This document shows, in pieces, positions 54,655 to 64,000 of a stretch of DNA of 64,000 nucleotides; the stretch's first letter is position 1; each line of letters begins with the position of its first letter. The notes under the pieces were generated by a model, which searched no databases, was not told the DNA's origin, and saw only the letters and a list, made by a program, of their open reading frames with translations. A program made the position numbers and the translations under genes. The DNA lies in the NCBI GenBank assembly GCA_051313645.2, contig JBNRSN020000014.1:8618001-8682000 (forward strand), written 5' to 3'. This DNA comes from Centroscyllium fabricii (lineage: Eukaryota).

Positions 54655-54779
54655 TGTAATAGAGCCACCTGGTGGACTACTGAAGTATAGAATAATAAAG
54701 CTATGTGCAGTGCAGTCCCTACTCAGAAGCCATGTTGTGCTGTTGTACATATATGCTGTCTCCCGGCCAAGGTATCACA
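54655..54779 (+). repeat. 3' LTR (125 bp), preceded by a polypurine tract
   Basis: aataaggaggaag immediately upstream. Confidence 0.93.
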
Positions 54780-55214
54780 TTTTCTATATCCTTAATAATC
54801 TTATACACCTCTATAAAACCACCTGTCAGTTGCCTTCTTTCTAGCCTGAGAAGCTCTCTAATCAGACCTCTATGGATTCTTACTGTGACTTATTCTTTTC
54901 CAGGTCCTCCTCCCTCAATATTTCCTTCCTCATGCAGTCTACAGCCTCTTAAAACTCAAACTCATTGGCACCTAACTCCTAGATTTAGCTTGTCTATCTC
55001 TTATACTTTTCAACTTTGGTGATGTCCCACACAATGGGCCTTGGCCTTTCCTCCAGGCTGCTGAAAAACCCTTGGGATTTGAAACAAGGGTCTCATTACG
55101 AGAACTTTCCTTGAACCGCTCCCTAGGATCTGCAATCTAAACTGCAGCTTCACAATTCTGCTTTAAAATGTGACAGAGAAGCTGGCGTGTAATGGATATT
55201 CAGAAGCAGCCAGT

Positions 55215-55430
55215 AGTCTCAAGTCCAATCAAGAGTTCAGATACATAGAGTAACATATATCTGGGAGTGAGATGCAGTCTGGAATCGAATCGAAGGTTTG
55301 GATGGTTGATACATAGAACAATGGGCGTGCACTCTAGACTGGAATCTAATTGAGGAGTTCAGATGGACTTTACATATAATAATGGCTATCTGGCAGTGAG
55401 TTACAGTCTGGAATCGAATTCAGGAGTTTA
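55215..55430. repeat. Degenerate ~60-70-bp tandem repeat, about 3 units
   Basis: Recurrent (c/t)ag(t/a)ctggaatc(g/t)aat unit. Confidence 0.65.
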
Positions 55431-58400
55431 TAATTAACATTTATAATTTACAAGCATCAAATTGTAACTTTCAAAAGTGAATCTGATATATACTTGAAGA
55501 GGAGAGATTTGCAGGGCTCTGGGGAAAGAGTGGGGGGTGGGGCTAACTGAATAGCTCTTTCAAAGAGCTGGCACAGGTACGATGGGCCGAATGGCTTCCT
55601 TCTGTGCTGCATCATTCTATGTGAACTCAAAGGGTAGATTATTGCCTTGCAATTACGTTGTGGGTGTAATATATTACAGATGTATCTTTAATTTTACTAA
55701 GAGGGTTTCTTCAATGGTCATCAGCTGACTGAGAAAGGACCACTTTTCATTGGCACGCAATAACTTTATACTGAGGGATCAACGACTGTGACGTGTTGAG
55801 TAAGAAATAATAGCCATGATTTTCCGCTTCTCTGCTTGCCAGTCTGTGATTTTTCCTGTCCATTAAATAGAGGGAAAATCGCAGGTTGGCACGTGCACAA
55901 GTGGGAAGTCCCGACTAATTGGTTATTGGGAAATTTTACAATCAACTTCTAGTATACCCAACTAAACAAGACACTTGTGGGGACAGAATTACTCAATCAC
56001 TGCAAATCCATTCATGAAGAATTACTCAGTCATTGTCCAGTGACATTGTAAACGTATTCATCAAGACCTTCTGTTGGTATTTCTTTTCAAACATGTTTAC
56101 AATATCACTACACAAAGTAAATCCCCCATGTTATAAGTGCTGAGATGCTGATTTCTCTAAATATTTCAGACAATGACTCGTGATCCAGTGTCTTGAGGCC
56201 AAGACTGCGGAGAATCAACACTATTCACAGGGAACACAACTACATCAGGATTACAGAAGCAAGTTTTCAATTCTCAACCCCCACCCCCTGAATAAAAATA
56301 TAGTAAAAATAAGTAAAGGAAAACCGCAAATATTGGAAATCTGAAATAAAAGCAGAAACGCTGAAAGTACACAACAGAAGAAGGAGCGCAGACAAAGTAA
56401 TATTTCAGGTTGGGCCCTATGTCAGAGGTGGTACATTCAAGCTGGGGAATCCCCTCCCTTCTCTCTCTTCACTTTCTCAGACATGTCCTACCTCAGCTTT
56501 GTTAAAAGGGTTTCTGACTGTGCCAGCTCTGACGAGCGGTTCCACCCAAACTCTTAACTTATCCCTTCGCTCTCAGGTGTTGACCGACTGCTGTGTACAT
56601 TCATAATTTTCTGCCTATTTATAAATATAATATAGTTTTTTTCATTCTTTCAAAAGTTGGTTCAGAAAATAATATGAATGAGAAAGTATTTTGGTGGATC
56701 AGTATAATTCTCCAGTTATACTTTATAATGCTCAGCATTAGACAGGCAGGACAAATGAAGCATGGCACATGTTATATGAAGCATGTATGTGACAGAACAT
56801 GCGCTGGTACAGGAACAGGTCTTGGACATCTCTCACATAAGATAGTGGTGAGGGAGTGACAGACAGAAAGCAGTAGCTAGTGACCTAGTTAGTAAGCAAC
56901 AATCCATCACTAACTGCAACTTCTGTCCCAGCAGACACAAATGTACTATTTCAAGAAAAGATGGGAACACCATGTTTTATTTTGTTGCAGTCTTGGACTC
57001 CCTCTGGATCATCTCACCCCATCTTTCGTATAATGCAACATCATCGCCCCCCGCCCCCTCCACAGTAACAACACAACTGCTAGGTGCAAGACCAAAATCC
57101 AACTGGTCCAATCTGGACTTGGATAGCTGATGAGATAGAAGGAATACCATAAATAAACAATGACCTGATTTGAAATTTTTGAATCTTAAAAGCACATTGC
57201 ACCACTTGCTGGTTTTAGGTATCACAAGATATGCAAACCGTGGGAACCCTTCCATCCCTCCTGAGGTAGCTGTGCGCCACGCCGCCACATGCAAAAACAC
57301 CTCTATTATGCCATCAAAAAACAGCTCATAAGAAATAGAAGAAAATATCAAGTTTGAAAAGGCCATTCAGCCCATTGAGCTTAACACTCTAATTCGCCCA
57401 GTCTAACGTCCAACTGGAACTCTCCTAATGTCTCTGATTCCACTGCCTTAACTCGCAATTGCTCCAAATATTAATTACCCTTCAATAAAGACACTTTTTC
57501 TAAGATCTGTTCTCTAGTACTATTAGCCTAACTGATCTAAAAGGAATAATCTCTGTTCACCTTGCCCACATCATTTAATATTTTATATACACATCAATGG
57601 GGATAACCTTTAACCACCTTCGCGCTGGCGTGTAGAGCTTAAGCTGCTCTAACTTTCCTTGAAGCTCATCCTCTTTACAATTTGGATCATTCTTGTTGCT
57701 CTTCCCTGCATCTTCTCCAATGCCTTTGTGCTCCTTTTGAAGTACAATGACTAGAGCTGCACACAGCGCTGTGTGAAGTCTGACCAGTATAGTGTAAAGC
57801 CTCATCATTTCCACGCTGGATTTGTATTCCACTGTCCTATGTCTCCCAGCATTCTATCTGCTCCAAGTCCTTTAAATAAAATATTTAAAACCAGGTTGAA
57901 GGCACCAACATAATGTTGGACTATTTCATGAGTTACAACTGTGTCAGTTACATATACACATTAGCCTGTTACCTGTGCCCCTAATCAGACTGAATGGGAG
58001 CGTCACGGAATGCCAGGTACATCTTCGGGCATTTGTTTCTGTTGCTGGGGGTGAGTGATGGTTAAATGGTTATGATAGGTAGGAAATTATAGGAATAAAA
58101 GGTATGAAAATAGGGATAAATAACTCAAAAATGGGGAAATTGGGCATGGAATAATTAACGAAGAATGATGGAAGGCCTGAACTGCACCAAATGGGATATT
58201 TACAGAAATTTGAATCGGATATTTTTAAAGAATACTTCATGTAGTTATTGGTTGAAGTGGACTGATCACATATAGCCCCAACCAATGGTGAAAAGCTTGT
58301 TGCAGTTGATCTACAGCCTACGTTTCTACGGCAATGCTTTCAGAAACAACTTTTAAATTGTATTCACTACTTAGCGATTTTCACAATTTTCAGCGTTTTC

Positions 58401-59513
58401 ACAAGTGTTTGTAATTTTTTTTTCTTTTTTATCTCCCCACCTCAACATGCAAACACCTAGAATCGCTGGGAAGGAGAGGGGAAGGGTACCCAGATGAGCA
58501 AATATACCAGGACACACATCCTCTGTACCTCAAGACGAGAGGAGAGTGGTTTAATTTCTTGTGCCAAGGCCTCAATTAACGTTTTGGCAGCCCTACCCCA
58601 GTCTTAAAAATGCTGGCTAATGTTTGGCCTGATTATCCACAGCTATGGTTAGTTTCCCTTCTAATTTTAATCCCTTCCTCCCCTGAGGGCGTTGACTCAT
58701 GGTGAGTTACAGACCTATGGGCGATAGCTGCCCTTTGGTATCTCACTCAGTCTTCCTGTCGGAGCAGGGCAGTGAGTGTCGGCAGGCTACTTGACCGTGA
58801 GTAGTCATCACACCCGAGACCCACATCCAAACTAGGAAGAGTGACTGAACGATGGTTAGGAGCTGAAATCCCAGCTGAGCTTTTAAACCCTCACTAACTG
58901 AAGGGTGCTAAAGCCAATTATAGCACCTCTCCCACTGTCCTAAAGGTCAACCAACTCAGCATGGACCCTGGGATCTTTGTGGTCTGTATAGCTCAGTACA
59001 AGTGCCAACTGAGATACCAGGGTCGGAGCACTGGTTATTAGAACAGAAATGACTTTTGGCAAAAGAACGTTTAATGTATTTACATGACAATCTTCTGTCC
59101 AGTATCTTAATGAAGGTACTAATTCCTCTATTTTCAATGGGTTAACACTTCTGTTAAAATATGGGACATAGGAATGCCATATGAACTTGCTCAGCTTTTA
59201 TCCACTTTCATCAACAGCAATTTCTATTGTGTTCATTGTGTTTACATTGCGCTAGTCTTCAAAGGAACACTGCTCCTCAAACCTGTTCCCAAACCCCACC
59301 CCAATCTAGCATTGAACACTTATGAAAACTTAAAATTTGAGAACAGTTGCTAAGTACAGACAGCATGCATTTCATGTCCTCTCTCTGCAAGCATAGAGAT
59401 ACTAGCAGAGTGTACATACCGTGACAAACTGAGAAAGAATGAACGCGCTGCATACACTGTTCTGAGGTAGCAAACCCTTCCAAGCAGGCACATGAGGTCA
59501 GGAAGAAACTTAC

Positions 59514-59620
59514 GTGAAGGCAAAAGCCACCAGTGCACCGCTGACTACGATGAAATCCAGAATATTCCATAGGTCTCTGAAGTATGCTCCTTGATGCAGG
59601 ACTAAGCCAAGGTCAATCAT
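59514..59620 (-). CDS. CACNA1A: Cav2.1 exon (e24 equivalent, IIIS3): [36 protein letters not shown]
   Basis: 107 nt, aag/gtaagt; LVLHQGAY and AFAFT are Cav2.1-type rather than Cav2.2/2.3. Confidence 0.96.
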
Positions 59621-59964
59621 CTTTAAACGCAAAGAGGAAATAAATAAATGGCACTTGACGATCATATTCACATTTTTTCCTTCACTACTGTACTCTGAAA
59701 GGTGCTGACACATGCTGGAGTATGATAGCAGCCCCCCAGCACCTGACTCATTCTCCAAGTTTAAGCAGAGAGTGCTGGCAGACTGTTCAATTCTAAAGAG
59801 CACCACGTCCTCCCATCGACCAACATTCATGCATCGATACGCTAACCTTTTCCACTTTTCACTACCAATAGCATAGCGAAGTGGAAACTCTGGCTAATTT
59901 TTCCTTCCTAGCCCAGGGTACTGAGGCCAGTTGTAGCTTACCACCCGCTATCCCAGCCAAGATT

Positions 59965-60570
59965 TTATTTTATTCGTTCATGGGGTGTGGGCGTCGCTGG
60001 CAAGGCCAGCATTTATTGCCCATCCCTAATTGCCCTTGAGAAGGTGGTGGTGAGCTGCCTTCTTAAACTGCTGCAGTCCGTGTGGTGAAGATGCTCCCAC
60101 AGTGCTGTTTGGGAGGGAGTTCCAGGATTTTGACCCAGCGATGCTGAAGGATCGGCCGATATATTTCCAAGTCAGGATGGTGTGTGACTTGGAGGGGAAC
60201 TTGGGCCTGCTGCCCTTGTCCTTCTAGGTGGAAGAGGTTGCGGTTTGGGAGGTGCTGTCGAAGAAGCCTTGGCGAGTTGCTGCAGTGCATCTTGTAGACG
60301 GTACACACTGCAGCCACGGTGCACCGGTGGTGGAGGGAGTGAATTATTAAGGTGGTGGATGGGGGGGCCAGTCAAGTGGGCTGCTTTGCCCTGGATGGTG
60401 TCGAGCTTCTTGAGTGTTGTTGGAGCTGCTCTCATCCAGGCAAGTGGGGTGCATTCCATCACACTCCTTACTTGTGCCTTGTAGATGGTGGAAAGGGTTT
60501 GGAGAGTCAGGGGGTGAGACACTCGCCGCAGAATACCCAGCCTCTGACCTACTCTTGTGGACGCAGTATT
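59965..60570 (-). mobile_element. Non-LTR retrotransposon 3' end (CR1/L2 group); same tail at ~17820-17950
   Basis: STIYKAQVRSVME..PLAW remnant. Confidence 0.75.
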
Positions 60571-61607
60571 TATCCCCCAAGTCCAAACTTTACACAGAAT
60601 TACATAGAAACTCCAACAAGGAAACAGACTGTTTGACCCAACCAGTCCCCGTTGGGTGTTTGTGCTCCACATAAGCGGTATTCCTAATCCCATGTCCCAG
60701 CTTTGTTCCCATATCCCGTTCCTTCAACTACCTATTATTAAACATCAATAAGGTCTCTGCTTCAATCACTAACTCTGGCAAGTGCATTCTATGGTCTAAT
60801 GACCTTCTGTGTAAAAAGGTTTCTTCTGCCTTGTCCTAAATCTCTTACATTTAATCTTATATCTAGGTCCTCTTTTTTTCTAGACTCCTCAACCACTAGA
60901 AGCAGCGTGTTGCTATCGAGCCGATTCCACGTCTTCATAATTTTAAATATTAACAGACGGGTAGCCTAGTGGTTATAGCACTAGACTAGCAACCAAGACA
61001 TCATGAGTTCAAATTCCACTATAGCAAGTTGTGAACTGGAATTCAATAAATCTGGTAAAGTGACCATAAAAGCTACCATTTTGAAGCTAAAGCCCAACTG
61101 GTTTACTAATATCTGCAAATTTACTGTTAAAATAATTTGTTTTGCATCCAGAGCATCACACACAAGCTTCCCATTGTTTCAATGTAGACTCATGTCTCAA
61201 GGTTTTGATTATTTTTCATAGTTGAAGTCGTGAACCAATCATTCAGATAGCGGGTGGGGGGGCGGGAATCAGTTCCCCCTATTCTAATTGGTCATAGAAA
61301 GAGTGAATCTTTGGAGAAAAAAAAATCAGCTCTTTGTTTGGGGCAATCTCTGTCCCCGGCAAACACAGAAAATAAGGAAAAAAACCATAATTGAGCTCTA
61401 TATCCATCAGAATGTTTTCGTCCCCTGGGGAAGAATTTCTTTGAGAATTATGTATAACAAAATCATGACCCTGTTCTTTATAAATGTCACAAACAGCACT
61501 CAAGTAAATTCTTCTTCCCCTTCCGCTGCCCCCACCACCATTAGCATCGTTTCAGACCTATCCTGCCACTCACACTTTTCTTTTTTCGAGATCTTGTTTA
61601 GAATGTC

Positions 61608-62540
61608 AGCTGTGGCTCAGCGGTAGCGCTCTTGCCTCTGAGCCGGAAGGTTCTGGGTTCAACACTTGAGCACATAATCAAGGCTGGCACTCCCAGTGCA
61701 GAACTGAAGCAGCGCCGCACTGTCGGAGGGTCAGTACTCAGGGAACGCTGCACTGTCGGAGGGGCAGTGCTGAGGGAGCGCCGCACTGTCGGAGGGGCAG
61801 TACAGAGGGAGCGCCGCACTGTCGGAGGGGCAGTACTGAGGGAGTGCCGCACTGTCGCAGGGGCAGTACGGAGTGAGTGCCGCACTGTCGCAGGGGCAGT
61901 ACTGAAGGAGTGACGCACTGTCGGAGGGGCAGCACTGAGGGAGTGCCGCACTGTCGCAGGGGCAGTATTGAAGGAGCGCCGCACTGCCGGAGGGGCAGTA
62001 CTGAGGGAGTGCCGCGCTGTCGAAGGGGCAGTACTGAAGGAGTGCCGCACTGTCTGAGGGGCAGTACTGAGGGAGCGCCGCACTGTCAGAGGGGCAGTAC
62101 TGAAGGAGCGCCGCACTGTCGGAGGGGCAGTACTGAGGGAGTGCCGCACTGTCGGAGGGGCAGTACTGAGGGAGTGCTGTACTGTCAGAGGGGCTGTACT
62201 GAAGGAGCGTCGCACTGTCGGAGGGGCAGTACTGAGGGATTGTCGCACTGTTGGAGGGGTAGAACTGAAGGAATGCTGCACTGTCGGAGGGGCAGCACTG
62301 AGGGAGGGCCGCACTGTCGGAGGGGCAGTACTGAGGGACTGCCGCACCATCGGAGGGGCAGTACTGAGGGAGCGCTGCACTGTCGGAGGGGCAGTATTGA
62401 GGGAGCGCTGCACTGTTGGAGGGGCAGCACTGAGGGAGTGCCGCACTGTCGGAGGGGCAGTACTGAGGGACGTCCCAAAGCGCTTTACAGCCAATGAAGT
62501 ACTTTTGAAGTGTAGTCACTTTTGTAATGTAGGAAACCAC
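61608..62540 (+). repeat. SINE remnant with an expanded 33-bp minisatellite (~23 units, 61703-62470)
   Basis: Unit actgagggagtgccgcactgtcggaggggcagt; tRNA-like head at 61608. Confidence 0.9.
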
Positions 62541-63476
62541 TCCCAGTACTGCCTGTTAACGACCTGCGCACCTTTTCCCCCATTACTGGGGCTCCGGACC
62601 ACTATCGGTCACAGAAAATATACCAGTTATACTAAATTGCTCAAAGCCGTCAGCAGAATCTGACAGTCAAAGTTTAGTCCAACCTCATTATTACGCAATA
62701 AGGTACAGCAAATGGGCAGCTCATCTCTTCAAAGCCTCTGTATTTTCCCCAAAGTTTTTTTCCTGAAGAAGCCAACTCCTCACTGGGGTACATTTCCATG
62801 TGATGGCTGTCCTTCTAGTACCACAGCCAAGTGAGCATGCTTCACATGCAAGCCTAGAAAGCGAGCACTGGCTAATGATCACAGGTGAGCAATCACATCA
62901 GAAGCTATCCCAATCCTCTGCTTCCCTGAATGCAACACACTTTGCAGATTCAGTCTCTGAATAATTATAGATACTTAGAACTTACAGCACAGAAACAGGC
63001 CATTCAGTCCTGTTTATCTATGCCAGTGTTTATGCTCCACCTGAGCCTCCTCCCACCCCATCAACATATCCTTCCATTCCTTTCTCTCTCATGTGCTTAT
63101 CTAGATTTCCCTTAAATACACCTATGCTATTCATCTCAACTATTCCCTGTGATCGCAAGTTCTCACTACTGTCTGGGTAAAGATGTTTCTCCTGAATTCC
63201 CTACTAAATTTATTAGTGATTATCTTATATTTATGACCTCTAGTTTTGGACTGCCCGCAAGTGGAAACATCTTCTCTACGTCTAACCTATCAAATCCTTT
63301 CATAATCTTAAAGACATCTATCAGGTCATAAGGAATTAGGGAATTTATCTCTGGCAGATTTTTCCCTCTCTAACCCAGGCCGGCTGAGATCGGTTAACTC
63401 AGCCCAGACCAGGGATTATCCCTGTGGCCTTCCTGCTGTACATGACGCAGATACTCACTGGGCAGTGCCTACTTAC

Positions 63477-63536
63477 CTTAATAACCATTTCAAAGGTAAA
63501 GACTCCTGTAAATACATAGTCAAAGTATCTTAAAAC
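63477..63536 (-). CDS. CACNA1A: Cav2.1 alpha1 exon (human e23 equivalent, IIIS2): VLRYFDYVFTGVFTFEMVIK
   Basis: 60 nt, cag acceptor and gtaagt donor; peptide matches Cav2 IIIS2. Confidence 0.95.
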
Positions 63537-64000
63537 CTGTGGAAAGAAGGAATGAAAATAATGAGCAAAATCAAATTTGCACAGTCTAGTCATAGAGCAG
63601 GATTTTCCTGAAGGTGTGGGAAATAGGTGGGATCCCGACTGATCACTCTTTCTGGAGGGTGTGGAATCCCCACGCAATTTTGGCTTAATTGGCCAATTAA
63701 GTCCCCGAGTGTGGGAAGATCGTAGCAATTGAGTGATTTTGTCTAGAAACGGGGCGGGCTTTGACCTGTGTGAGCAGCAGAGCCTATGATTGGCAGCTGT
63801 ACTGATAGGATTGATGTTTCTCTTTCTGTGGTTTCAGGGCATTATGATGTCATAATGCTATGTCAACAGATGAAACCACAAATCTAAGAGTGACAGCTTT
63901 AAGTAGGCTGTCTCTGTTTGTGGTTTCAGTGGAATGTAAACAGAAACTGATCCACTGGGTGATTGACACTTTGCTTCACAGACACAGCTCGCAGCGCGAT

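Larger units (their letters stand above)
49432..54779 (+). mobile_element. Full-length but decayed Gypsy LTR retrotransposon (Mag-like)
   Basis: TG..CA LTRs, PBS, PPT, near-perfect 5-bp TSD (tttac/ttttc), gag-PR-RT-RH-IN order. Confidence 0.95.

Noticed and set aside
59514-59620. Assignment to CACNA1B or CACNA1E
   Set aside because: Diagnostic residues ([30 protein letters not shown]) fit Cav2.1
61598-62540. Long repetitive ORFs (298, 269 and 206 aa) and a CRISPR-like look
   Set aside because: Products of a 33-bp head-to-tail minisatellite; no unique spacers, no cas genes, vertebrate intron

Overview
Vertebrate genomic DNA, almost certainly a cartilaginous fish judging by its repeats (HE1/V-SINE-like SINEs, CR1, Penelope, shark-type minisatellites). 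The whole window lies inside a minus-strand Cav2.1 (P/Q-type) calcium channel alpha1 gene, CACNA1A. Ten canonical GT-AG exons, equivalent to human exons 23-32, join in frame and encode domain III S2 to domain IV S4. The two giant introns (about 28.5 kb and 18.3 kb) are those that hold the regulated microexons e24a and e31a in mammals. A well-supported 6-nt e31a-type microexon encodes Thr-Thr instead of Asn-Pro, and two in-frame candidate microexons fit the IIIS3-S4 loop. The introns carry nested mobile DNA: a 5'-truncated CR1, L2 pieces, a decayed full-length Gypsy element with CTCF-like motifs in both LTRs, a young Rex1/Babar fragment, Penelope remnants with hammerhead ribozyme cores, Harbinger/Tigger-type MITEs (one extremely CpG-rich) and a 33-bp minisatellite derived from a SINE core. 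All alignments were done by eye, human comparisons are recalled from memory, and repeat boundaries are approximate.
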